Assembly (NCBI GenBank): GCA_963793865.1
Contig: CAWCBP010000011.1
Coordinates: 117,652-181,651 of the forward strand
DNA: 64,000 nt
Reading direction: 5' to 3'
Source of the DNA: an uncultured delta proteobacterium
GTDB taxonomy: Bacteria > Desulfobacterota > WTBG01
Numbering within the stretch: the first letter of the stretch is position 1; the number at the start of each line of letters is the position of its first letter. Shown here in pieces: positions 31,560-40,972 of the stretch. A program made the position numbers and the translations under genes. Below the pieces are notes generated by a model. The model worked only from the letters and a program-made list of their open reading frames with translations, ran no database searches and had not been told where the DNA came from.

Positions 31560-32012
31560 TTACTTTACAATTATTTTTCCCTTAATATCCGGTGGCTCAG
31601 CAGGTATGGCTGCAAGTTTGCGCGGTTCCCGTTTTACCACGTATTCAAACTCTCCCGCTTCAGTAAAGCACAGGCTTGCAACGGTACCCCGGAAAATCTT
31701 TTCCGATACATAGGTGCCACGATTATCAACCACAAAGCGCACCGGGCTCCCGCAGGCCAGGGTGACCTGTTTATCGGTGAACTCAATCTCCGCGAGGCTC
31801 TTGGATTCGTTGATCCAGATCACGGTGGTGCCGGGCTGGACGGTGAGCTGCTGCGGCTCAACCCCCCCCTTCTCGTAGAGACGAACGATTTTGTGCTGCA
31901 ATTCCGGTGTTGCTTCCGTATCCACCCCATATGCCGTTTGCACGGAGATAAAACTGATGATGCAGAAGAGCGCACACAGAGCCGTCACCATGTTCCCATT
32001 TGCTTTTAGCAT
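31560..32012 (-). CDS. Exported cupredoxin-fold-like protein
   Basis: Signal peptide; PQQLTVQPGTTVIWIN, FTEAGEFEY, KGKIIVK; no type-1 Cu His/Cys/Met ligand set. Confidence 0.6.
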   Translation of the reverse strand: MLKANGNMVTALCALFCIISFISVQTAYGVDTEATPELQHKIVRLYEKGGVEPQQLTVQPGTTVIWINESKSLAEIEFTDKQVTLACGSPVRFVVDNRGTYVSEKIFRGTVASLCFTEAGEFEYVVKREPRKLAAIPAEPPDIKGKIIVK

Positions 32013-32093
32013 AACACAACCCCCTTTCTTGTCTTTGACTGAAAGAATACTGACCGGTTAAGGCGTTAAGAAAAATTGATTGTCATCTGTCTG

Positions 32094-33155
32094 CTATTGT
32101 TCAATTAAAAGGGGAATGCCGGATAACATCTTCCAGCTCCCCCCGCCGTCTTCGGTTTTGATGATTGTGCCTCGGGAACCGACTGCCCAGCCGGTTGTCG
32201 CGTCGGAAAAATCCATGTCCCGCAGCCAAAACTTGGTGTTGGTGGCATCCTCAGGCCGCTCCCAGGTCAGGCCACCGTCCTTAGAATGGATGTAAACCCC
32301 TTTCTGTCCGACCACCCACACTGTGCTGCTGTGTGCGGCGATTTTGTAAAAAGTCAGTCTTTCCTGTTCCAGGGGGTTCTTGACTTTCTTCCAGGTGACG
32401 CCGCCGTCGTTCGTGGCAATGGTGACGCTGTCCATGCCTGATGCCCAGCCATGGAGCGTATCAGTGAAGCAGATGCTGTACAGGGAAGGGGTCGGGGTTT
32501 CCCATTGCGTCTCATCCACCTTGCAGATTATATCCTGGCACATTTGCAGCTCCCAGGTGGAGCCTGAGTTCTGCGTGTGATAAATCAGCCCGTACTCACC
32601 CGCGACCCATGCGTTCTGCCGGTCTACACAAAAGATGTCATTATAAATTCTGTCCTCACCCGATCCCTGGGAAACCCAATTTGCGCCGCCGTCGGCAGTG
32701 TGCAGGATGGTGCCGAATTCTCCCACCGCCCAGCCGCAGGTTCATCGGCAAAGTCAATCCCGAAAAGCTGGCGGCTGGTGCCGCTTGACTGCGGTTGCCA
32801 GGTTCTTCCCGCCGTCCTTTGTATGCAGGATGGTCCCTCGGGCACCCGCTATCCAGCCGGTCTGAGGATTGACAAACGAGACATCATAGAGAGGAGCAGT
32901 TACGCCGCCATTCTGGATTTCCCACTTTGCACCCCCGCCGCAGCTGTGCACGATTATGGCGTTGAATCCGACGACCCAGGCATTGTTGGAATCAGGGGCG
33001 CTGACGGCGAAAAGATTTTCACCGGTAACCATGGGGAAGGGAGCTTGTTGAGCGACGGGCTGTTTTTCAGGCCCGCATCCGGCGAAGAGGATGACAAGGA
33101 TGGTTATAATTGAATGGAATGAAAGCAGGTTGTCTTTTAAGCGCCAGGGATTCAC
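32094..33155 (-). CDS. YCF48/BNR (Asp-box) beta-propeller lipoprotein; frameshifted near 32730-32790
   Basis: LFAGC lipobox; repeated TxDGGxxW and GWxxGxxG motifs. Confidence 0.85.
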
Positions 33156-33200
33156 AGTGAAGTCCGCAGCGGATAGTGTATGCGTAGATTAAAAATTTTT

Positions 33201-33214
33201 AATACTGCATTCAT
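33201..33214 (-). promoter_or_regulatory. Degenerate copy of the candidate TetR operator
   Basis: ATGAATGCAGTATT on the minus strand (10/14 match), overlapping the -10 of TTGCAC-N17-TTAGAT upstream of the transport operon. Confidence 0.5.
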
Positions 33215-33371
33215 CTAAGCATATTAATTCGCGTGGTGCAAGTTTTTTTTAAATTATTTTAGTCTTTAAACTCATTTAATGACCGCAGTCAGCACAAAAG
33301 CCGATTTGCATGAATCGCTGAGCAAACCGGCTTTCTGACGCTTTACCTCTTTGATGGTAAGAATGAACCCC

Positions 33372-34181
33372 CTAGTCCAGGCCGAACATCACCGTGCGGA
33401 CGTATTCCTTCTGCTTCTCGGGCCCGAGGAGGGTTTTGAAGACATTTACCGCGGGACCGCCCTTGGCAATGAGGGTGTCGACATACCATTCCATGCCCGC
33501 CTTGACCTTTGCGCTCTCTTCGGCGCCCAGCGGCTGCGCATTCTTCGCCATATCGAGATAGGTGTTGAGATATGAGGTGTAGACATCAAAGAGCAGATCG
33601 TCGCGGGTGCGGTCCGCGCGGCTGTGGATGCTCACATCCCGCACCGCTTCTTCCGCCCACTCCATGGATACTTCCATTTTTTCCAGGGTGCCCTCCGCCG
33701 GCTTCAGGGAGCGCATCTTCGCGTAGCCCGCTTCAAGGTTGTCGTCCCTGATGCCTGCCGGGTCAATAAGCTCGATGACAAAGACCCTTTTGCCTCCCAT
33801 GAAAATGATATCCACCGAGAGCATGGGCAGATTATAATTATAGTTGGGGAGGATGAGCAGGGTATACATCTTCATGAAGATCATGAGCGAGGCGTCGAGG
33901 TTGTTGATGCGCTTGAACTTATCAGTCTGCCAGGCCTCAATGGCGAATCTGAGCAGCTTCAGCCCCTTCCAGGGATGAACGATCCGGTACTCCTCCCTGA
34001 TGGGATAGGGGGCGAGCGGAAGGGCCTGTGCCAGGACATCCTCGGTGTAGCGGTCATACTTCTCGTACATACGCTGCCCCTCGCTGCGCGCCTTGATGAT
34101 GAGAGGGGCGGCGACGAGCGCGGCCAGGATGACGATTCCCGCCAGGGTGTAAGCGAGGTATTTTATTATTTTAAGCGCCAT
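33372..34181 (-). CDS. Ferredoxin-dependent bilin reductase (PcyA/PebA/PebB/RCCR)-like protein with N-terminal membrane anchor
   Basis: AWQTDKFKRI, LILPNYNYNLPMLSVDII (spacing of PcyA FPxxxYxLPxFGxD105), YLNTYL, GPAVNVFKTLLGPEKQKEYVRTVMF. Confidence 0.7.
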   Translation of the reverse strand: MALKIIKYLAYTLAGIVILAALVAAPLIIKARSEGQRMYEKYDRYTEDVLAQALPLAPYPIREEYRIVHPWKGLKLLRFAIEAWQTDKFKRINNLDASLMIFMKMYTLLILPNYNYNLPMLSVDIIFMGGKRVFVIELIDPAGIRDDNLEAGYAKMRSLKPAEGTLEKMEVSMEWAEEAVRDVSIHSRADRTRDDLLFDVYTSYLNTYLDMAKNAQPLGAEESAKVKAGMEWYVDTLIAKGGPAVNVFKTLLGPEKQKEYVRTVMFGLD

Positions 34182-34229
34182 GGTTGTTCCCCATGTGGTA
34201 AAGGCACGGTTACCCGGCTGTTGCAGGGA

Positions 34230-35360
34230 TCATTGCATGCGGGCAATGATTTCCTGAATGGTCTGCCGCTGCTCTCCCTCGATCTTTCTTCCTTCCGCCC
34301 AGAGCAGTTCCTCCGCCTTGGCAACATCCGCCTCCGCGCCTTTTCTGGCGTCGGGCTTTTCGTAGGAGCGGAATGATATGTGCACGTTCCCGGGGTCCTC
34401 GGTGAGCACCGCGGCGACCACATGAAGGGTATGCTCCGTGCCGTCATATGATTTCACCGCATGATAATAAATATTAAAGGGGGATTTTTTCTGTTCCTGG
34501 AGGTTGATGCCCTGCTGCTGCGCCCAGGTCTCGAGGAGCGAAATTGCATTTTCCATGGTGCTCCTGATGCGTGAGCGGGTATAAAAGATCCGGTCCGTGC
34601 TGTGGTGTTCATTGTAGGGCTTGGGCTTGAATTTTGCTTTTGAAGGGTCGGCCAGCGATCCCGGCTGGAGGGATGTCCAGTATCCCCGGTACTGTTCCAC
34701 GTCCTCCCGCATCGGGAGGCCAAGAATAGTGGTCCTGATTTCGTTGGCAAAGACCTCCACGCGCTCCACCATGAGCGATTCCCAGATATCCAGCCCCTGC
34801 CAGGGAGCGCCTTCCTTTGCCAGCTTGCCCAGGAGCCAGGTAAATAAGGTATCCTTGGTGTTCATCTTAGTCAGCACCTGACGGCCGCCGAATCCCCCGA
34901 TCACCACCGGCTTAACCGCGGGGTATTTTTCCATGATGTCGGAAAGGTAATTCCGCCCGGCGATGAGGTGGGGCGTGCCTCCGGGGGTCTTGAGAATCTG
35001 GGTCTCGTCGTTGTCACCGCAGGTAAGAAAATAGGCCACCTCTTTTCTGGAAAGCTCGTCCTGGTTCGCCTCCACAAATTTGTAGATTTCCGGCGCGGGT
35101 TTTTCATTCCTGATCAAACTGCCGATGATCACGTAGTCGTAGGGCTTGATGGTGATAATCTGGCTGAGCGGCTTCACATCCAGCAGGTTTTCGGGACCGA
35201 TAAGCTGCTTGATCCAGTAGGCAACCTCGACGGTTGAACCGTAGATGGAGCTGTATACCAGCAGTCCCTTCTTGCCTTCGGCAGGTGCTGCCGGGGGGGT
35301 GATGAGTGCTGCCAGCATGAGCAGCACAACGATGTAAAAGGTTCTGGTCTTGAGTTTCAT
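34230..35360 (-). CDS. Exported flavodoxin-domain protein (HemG/Flavodoxin_5-like) with extra C-terminal domain
   Basis: Sec signal; LLVYSSIYGSTVEVA FMN loop, YDYVIIGS, KEVAYFLT, FGG. Confidence 0.75.
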   Translation of the reverse strand: MKLKTRTFYIVVLLMLAALITPPAAPAEGKKGLLVYSSIYGSTVEVAYWIKQLIGPENLLDVKPLSQIITIKPYDYVIIGSLIRNEKPAPEIYKFVEANQDELSRKEVAYFLTCGDNDETQILKTPGGTPHLIAGRNYLSDIMEKYPAVKPVVIGGFGGRQVLTKMNTKDTLFTWLLGKLAKEGAPWQGLDIWESLMVERVEVFANEIRTTILGLPMREDVEQYRGYWTSLQPGSLADPSKAKFKPKPYNEHHSTDRIFYTRSRIRSTMENAISLLETWAQQQGINLQEQKKSPFNIYYHAVKSYDGTEHTLHVVAAVLTEDPGNVHISFRSYEKPDARKGAEADVAKAEELLWAEGRKIEGEQRQTIQEIIARMQ

Positions 35361-35402
35361 GACTTCCCTCCTTTGTTGCCGGTGCGTGTTGGTTTTTTAA
35401 GC

Positions 35403-36768
35403 TCAGATGGTAAAGTTGCAGTGAAAGCCCGACCTGATGGTGTTCCGCAGGACCACGTGCGCGGGGATAGGAGCTGAATTCCTCGATTTTTTTCAGCAGC
35501 TCCGGCCTTTGCTTCTTGAATGGTGGGGATGACTTTGGCCATGGCAACTGGCCCATGAGCGCCGGAATCTCGTAGGGGTCCAGCACGGTGGGAAGCGTCT
35601 CGTTGATGATGCTGAAGAGATAGTCAATTTCGCCGTCCGAACAGAGCATGGGCATGTACAGGTTCTTGAGGAACACATTGTAATCCAGCTTGTCGAGGTA
35701 GGCGGATTTCCACCACGTGAGATAGGGCGCCATGCCCGCCGCGTTGTACTGCTTCTCCTGCATGGCAAAGACCACGGTATTCCCGGCCTTCCAGCCGCTC
35801 ATCACCGCGCCGGTCATCTCGGCTTCCTGGCACCAGCCCGCATCACCCACAAAGAGCACATTGTCCTTATAGGGGTAAAACAGGGGGGCATACATGTTGC
35901 CGGTGCAGCCGCACCGGCGAATCTTGCGGGCCTTTTTGAACCAGGGGGCAAACCTGCTCCGCTGCGTCAATTCATCAAAGACGCCTTCATGGTCCGCCTG
36001 CATGTTAACATTTGATATCATCACCAGCCACACGTCTTCCCCTTCATGGTCCCAGGCGCGCGGACAGATGAACCCCATCATGGGCGGATCACCGCTTTTG
36101 AACAGCGGCTGATGGAGCGCGTAGGGATGTTCCAGGGTGAGGTTGGTCATCTCGTACCCGATGGAGGTGACCGTGGCGTAAAGCCGGCGGCCCCTGTTCA
36201 TGCCCATGCTGCGGGCCATCCGTGACTGTCGCCCGTCGGCGGCGATGACGAACATGCCTTTGAACGCCCGGCCTCCGGCCGTGTAGACCACGACCCCTTG
36301 GCCGTCCTTTGCCGCACGGATGACGTTCTGCCCGGTGAACAGCTTAACCCCGAGGCGCCTGCATTCTTCGGTCAAACCGGCCAGGAGGCGGCCCTTGTGA
36401 TATACCGCGCTGGCCCGGCCCGCCCGACCTTTTTGGACATTGGCCGTATAGTTGCCGAAGGTGATGCTTTCCCCGCCGGGTGAGTAAATTTCCCAGGCGA
36501 AAAAATCCTTGGTGGGGCCGTCGTATTTCAGGCTGAACCCGTGATGGGGAAAGCCCAGCACGCCGCTTTGTTCGTTGTGGGTAAGACGTTCCCCCATGTA
36601 GTTCCCGGTGAGGGTGACCAGCATCATGCCGCACATCCTCAGGATGTCCGAGGGGCTGTCCTTCCGCTCGAGCAGGGCAACCGAAAGCCCGTTTTCCGCC
36701 GCCATCTTGGCCGCGGTCAGTCCGGCAGGTCCGGCACCGACTACGACGAGATCATAGGTCTTGCTCAT
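35403..36768 (-). CDS. Geranylgeranyl reductase/FixC-family flavoprotein; C-terminal frameshifts
   Basis: YDLVVVGAGPAGL, IAADGRQSRMAR, VLFVGDAG; paralog of 17688..19008; likely true end ...GFHCNFTI*. Confidence 0.82.
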
Positions 36769-36805
36769 AGTGTCTCTTCCTCCTGTAAAATGAATAAAAG
36801 AACCT

Positions 36806-37435
36806 TTACGCGGCCGGCCCCTCCGGTTGTATCATGCCTTCCAATACGAGATCAAGCCGCTGAAAAAGATCCTCAGATGTCATGCTATAGCTTTTTTTAA
36901 TCAGGCAGTCAATGATAAAAAGGGTGAAAATCCCTTCCAGCATGGTTGCCAGCTTGAGCGCCGGCACATCGCTTCGCATCTGGCCCTGCTGCTGCCCCTT
37001 GTCTATGATCAGGGAGAGGGACTGCCTGAAATCATCAAAAAAGAGGCCGTTGTACTCTTTGTTGTTGAAGCTTGATAAATTCTTAAGCAGTATGGCCCGG
37101 GTAATTTCCTGGTTCTGGGCGGCAATGCGGGCGGTGGCGGCAAATACCTTGTTGATCTTTGTTTTCATCGGTGCGTCGGTGGAGACAATTTCCTGGCACT
37201 TTTTCCTCAGGAAGGGAATCTTTTTCTTGAAAATCTCGACCAGCACATCCTCCTTGCGGGGGAAGTAATTGAAGAAGGTGCTCTGGGCGATGTCGATCTT
37301 CTCGGTAATATCTTCGACGGAGGTATTCTCAAACCCCTTCTCATTGAAGAGCTTTTGTGCCACCGTGAAGATGGCATCCCGCGTGGCCTGCTTCTTCCGT
37401 TCTCTCCGCCTGACCGGTGTGCGCTTGCCGAACAT
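36806..37435 (-). CDS. TetR/AcrR-family transcriptional repressor
   Basis: RRERKKQATRDAI..A..LFNEKGFENTSVEDITEKIDIAQSTFFNYFPRKED HTH. Confidence 0.95.
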   Translation of the reverse strand: MFGKRTPVRRRERKKQATRDAIFTVAQKLFNEKGFENTSVEDITEKIDIAQSTFFNYFPRKEDVLVEIFKKKIPFLRKKCQEIVSTDAPMKTKINKVFAATARIAAQNQEITRAILLKNLSSFNNKEYNGLFFDDFRQSLSLIIDKGQQQGQMRSDVPALKLATMLEGIFTLFIIDCLIKKSYSMTSEDLFQRLDLVLEGMIQPEGPAA

Positions 37436-37501
37436 TGGTTTCTTTTCAGGTGATGTGGTTATGACGTGGGAATAAACTGCCAATAAGCTGCTCAAACATT
37501 T

Positions 37502-37515
37502 ATAAGTGCACTCAT
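37502..37515. promoter_or_regulatory. Candidate TetR autoregulatory operator
   Basis: ATAAGTGCACTCAT (13/14 to the 17613 palindrome), 19 nt downstream of a minus-strand TTGACA. Confidence 0.75.
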
Positions 37516-37677
37516 ATATCGTAACCGGAAGTGATGTCAAGAAAATTTGTTTCCACCCCGGCACGCATCGTCCCCCTCAGCGGGTAATGCGTTGACTTTT
37601 AGGCGGGGAGCTACTACTATAGCATATGCCCGACACGGGACAGAAGAGAAACGGTGAGGGAACAGGGGGCGTGGGCC

Positions 37678-38445
37678 ATGAAAATTGCGGTTACCGGCAA
37701 AGGGGGCGTGGGAAAGACGACCGTAGCAGCGGCGCTCTGCTATGCCTTCGCTGAAAAAGGCTATACGGTTGTGGCCATCGACGCCGACCCGGATGCGAAT
37801 CTGGCTTCGGCCCTGGGCATCCCGGCGGATATCCATCCGGCGCCCATCAGCACGCTTGCCGACCTGATTGAGGAGCGCACCGGTGCGCGGCCGGGCGCCT
37901 CCGGCGGCATGTTCAAATTAAATCCGAAGGTTGATGACCTGCCGGAAAAACTGTGGGTGGAGCATAACGGGATCCGGCTGATGGTCATGGGATCGGTAAA
38001 GAAGGGGGGAGGCGGATGCGTGTGCCCGGAGAGCGTCCTGCTCAAGTCGCTCGTGCAGCACCTTATACTTTACAGGAAGGAAGTGGTCATCATGGATATG
38101 GAGGCGGGCGTTGAGCACCTTGGCCGTGCCACCGCCCAGGCGGTGAATCACTTTATGGTAGTGCTGGAACCGGGAATGCGCAGCATTGAGACGGCTCGCC
38201 AGATAAAGAAGCTGGCTCATGATATCGGCATAAAAAGCGTATACGGGATTGGCAATAAGATCCGCAGGCAGTCCGACCGGGATTTTTTTCGGGAGGCGGC
38301 TGCCGACATTCCTATCCTCGCGTACATTCCCTATGATGAAAAAATCATCGAAGCGGACCTCACCCGGAGCTCCATCTGGCAGGAGGGCCGGGAAGTTGTG
38401 GCGGAAGTGAGGAGGCTGGTGAGCAGCCTGGCCGGGGATGGATAA
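37678..38445 (+). CDS. cooC: CooC/AcsF-family nickel-insertion ATPase
   Basis: MKIAVTGKGGVGKTT, IDADPDANL, GGGCVCPE, DMEAGVEHLGR. Confidence 0.9.
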   Translation: MKIAVTGKGGVGKTTVAAALCYAFAEKGYTVVAIDADPDANLASALGIPADIHPAPISTLADLIEERTGARPGASGGMFKLNPKVDDLPEKLWVEHNGIRLMVMGSVKKGGGGCVCPESVLLKSLVQHLILYRKEVVIMDMEAGVEHLGRATAQAVNHFMVVLEPGMRSIETARQIKKLAHDIGIKSVYGIGNKIRRQSDRDFFREAAADIPILAYIPYDEKIIEADLTRSSIWQEGREVVAEVRRLVSSLAGDG

Positions 38446-39415
38446 GATGAAGATAGCTGTCATCGGCGCAGGAGCCATGGGGAGCTTATTTGCCTGTTTT
38501 CTGCACCGTGCCGGACACGAGGTCTGGCTGCTCGATAAGGACGGGGAGCGGGTGGAGGCCATACGGCGGTCCGGACTGACGCTTGAGGACGCTTCCGGCA
38601 CACACCGGCTGGACATTTCCACCGTAACCGGCTGTGCCGGCGATATCGGTGCGGCCGACCTGGTGATCGTCTTTGTCAAGTCCTATGATACGGCGGAAGC
38701 CCTGCGCGACGCCCGCCCCGTGGTCCGGGATGATACGAGGGTACTGAGCCTGCAAAACGGTCTCAATAACCTGGAAACCATTGCCGCCGCGACCGGCAAA
38801 GGCCGCCTGCTCGGCGGCACCACCGCTCACGGCGCCACCCTGATTGCCCACGGCCGCGTCCGGCATGCCGGCAGCGGTGATACGGTGATCGGCGCCTTCG
38901 GGAGCGCCGGGGCAGGTGAGCTCGATGGCGTGGCCGGGCTTTTGAACGGCGCCGGCATCAGAACCGCCGTGACCGGCGATCTGACCGCAACCCTTTGGAC
39001 GAAGCTTATGGTTAATGCCGCCATCAATCCCCTTACCGCACTTACCGGATTGTGCAACGGGGAAATCATGGGGCACCCCGGATTGGCGGATATTCAGGAG
39101 CGCATCGTCATGGAGGCGTGCGCGGTTGCGGCCGCGCGGGGGATCAGCCTCGGCGCGGGTGATCCCCTGGCCACGGTCAGGGATGTGTGCCGGCGCACTG
39201 CCTCCAACCGGTCATCAATGCTGCAGGATGTCCTCAACCGGAGGCGGACGGAAATTGATGCCATCAACGGGGCGCTTGTCGCGTCGGGCGCGGCATGCGC
39301 TGTTCCCACGCCGTACAATACCGTCGTAACCATGCTGGTGAAGGCCCTGGAGCTCAACCGCCGGTCATACTGTGCGGATGATCACTGCGGCCGCAAAGAC
39401 ACGGTCATGCAATGA
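38438..39415 (+). CDS. panE: 2-dehydropantoate 2-reductase
   Basis: IGAGAMG, VKSYDT, LQNGL, WTKLMVNAAINPLTAL, SSMLQD, TEIDAING. Confidence 0.93.
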   Translation: MDKMKIAVIGAGAMGSLFACFLHRAGHEVWLLDKDGERVEAIRRSGLTLEDASGTHRLDISTVTGCAGDIGAADLVIVFVKSYDTAEALRDARPVVRDDTRVLSLQNGLNNLETIAAATGKGRLLGGTTAHGATLIAHGRVRHAGSGDTVIGAFGSAGAGELDGVAGLLNGAGIRTAVTGDLTATLWTKLMVNAAINPLTALTGLCNGEIMGHPGLADIQERIVMEACAVAAARGISLGAGDPLATVRDVCRRTASNRSSMLQDVLNRRRTEIDAINGALVASGAACAVPTPYNTVVTMLVKALELNRRSYCADDHCGRKDTVMQ

Positions 39416-39451
39416 GCGCGGGGGTACAAAAGCCTTGATGCGGGGTGAGAA

Positions 39452-40972
39452 ATGCGTCAGTTGAAGCATGTGCTCATGGTGATAACCTTCGGAACCTTCC
39501 TTCTGTGCCGGGGGCTTGCCTGCGGTCTGAGCCTTGAGGGGCGGGTGCAGGAGTTCGATCTCAGGAACGGCATGAAGGTGCTGATCCTGGAGCGGCACGT
39601 CGCCCCGGTGGCCTCCTTCTACCTGCGTTTCAAGGTCGGGGCGGTGGATGAGCCGCGGGGGGAGACGGGAACCGCTCACCTGCTTGAGCATATGCTGTTC
39701 AAGGGTACGAAAACCCTCGGGACCAGGGACTATCAACAGGAGGAAAAGCTGCTCCAGGCAATGGATGCGGTTGCTGAAAAGATAGACCGGGAAATGATGC
39801 GGGGAGAAAAGGCTGATCAATCCGGCATCGCCGCCTGGAGGGAGCAGCTGAAGGCCCTGCAGGAGGAGCATGGAAAACTGGTCATTAAAGACGAGATCAG
39901 TTCGCTCTACGAAGAGAACGGGGCGGAGGGCCTGAATGCATCCACCGGCTATGATCTCACCACCTATCAGGTGAGCCTTCCGGCCGATCGCATGGAGCTC
40001 TGGGCGCGCATTGAGTCGGACCGGATGGTGAACCCCGTTTTCAGGGAATTCTATCCGGAGCGGGATGTGGTGAGGGAGGAAAGAAGACAGCGGGAGGAGA
40101 CCCAGCCCGAGGGAATGCTGACGGAGAACTTTTTCGCGGCGGCCTACATGGCGCATGCCTATGGAAGGCCCATAATCGGCTGGGATTCCGACCTGCGGTA
40201 TTTAAGCCGGAAGCGGGTGGAGCGGTTTTTCAAACAGCACTATGCCCCCAACAATGCGGTGGTTGCCGTGGTGGGGGCGGTCCCTGCGGCGGCGGCCCTG
40301 AAGATCATAGAGGACTATTTTGGAAACATCCCCCCACAGGTAATGCCGGAGCTGCCCGGAGATGAAGAGCCGAAGCAGGCGGGTGAGCGGCGGGTAAACG
40401 TCGAGTTTGATGCCTATCCCCAGGTGCTGATCGGCTATCATAAGCCGACCATGCCCCATTTTGACGATTATGTCTTTGACGTGATCGACATGATCCTTTC
40501 CAGCGGCAGAACCTCCCGGCTTTACAAGTCGCTGGTTGAAGAGAAAAAGATAGCGGTCAGCGTGAGCACGGCAAACGGCATGCCGGGGAGCAGATGCCCC
40601 AATCTTTTTACCATTGCCGCAACGCCCCGGAGTCCGCACACCTGCGCGGAAGTGGAGGAGGAGATTTACCTGCAGCTTAAGCTCCTGCAGGACCGGCCGG
40701 TGACGACCCGCGAACTTGAAAAGGTGAAGAACAACCTGGAGGCCGATTTCATCAGGGCGCTTTCTTCCAACGCCGGGCTGGCGGCGCAGCTTTCCTACTA
40801 TCAGTCCATCGCCGGAAACTGGAGGTACATTGAGAACCATCTCCAGGTAATCGGCAGGATTACCGCTGAGGACGTGAGGCGGGTGGCGCAGAGCTATCTG
40901 GTGGAACGGAACCGGACCGTGGCCACCCTGGTGAAACAAGAGGCCGCCGCACTGAAGGGTAACCGCCAATGA
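39452..40972 (+). CDS. M16 (pitrilysin) zinc peptidase, catalytic subunit, exported
   Basis: HLLEHMLFKGT (HxxEH), LNAST, ERDVVREERR. Confidence 0.92.
   Translation: MRQLKHVLMVITFGTFLLCRGLACGLSLEGRVQEFDLRNGMKVLILERHVAPVASFYLRFKVGAVDEPRGETGTAHLLEHMLFKGTKTLGTRDYQQEEKLLQAMDAVAEKIDREMMRGEKADQSGIAAWREQLKALQEEHGKLVIKDEISSLYEENGAEGLNASTGYDLTTYQVSLPADRMELWARIESDRMVNPVFREFYPERDVVREERRQREETQPEGMLTENFFAAAYMAHAYGRPIIGWDSDLRYLSRKRVERFFKQHYAPNNAVVAVVGAVPAAAALKIIEDYFGNIPPQVMPELPGDEEPKQAGERRVNVEFDAYPQVLIGYHKPTMPHFDDYVFDVIDMILSSGRTSRLYKSLVEEKKIAVSVSTANGMPGSRCPNLFTIAATPRSPHTCAEVEEEIYLQLKLLQDRPVTTRELEKVKNNLEADFIRALSSNAGLAAQLSYYQSIAGNWRYIENHLQVIGRITAEDVRRVAQSYLVERNRTVATLVKQEAAALKGNRQ

Noticed and set aside
19239..35360. 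A canonical heme biosynthesis operon (hemF/hemE/hemG)
   Set aside because: Key residues are altered, the UroD-family gene sits in a methyltransferase set, the flavodoxin is exported, and hemA/B/C/D/L are absent.
32094..36768. Photosynthesis genes (YCF48, bilin reductase, ChlP)
   Set aside because: No reaction-centre, bch/chl, phycobiliprotein or heme oxygenase genes; YCF48-like propellers are normal parts of the DUF1302/RND module.
37678..38445. CO dehydrogenase gene cluster
   Set aside because: cooC stands alone, coupled to panE; no cooS or acs genes in the window.
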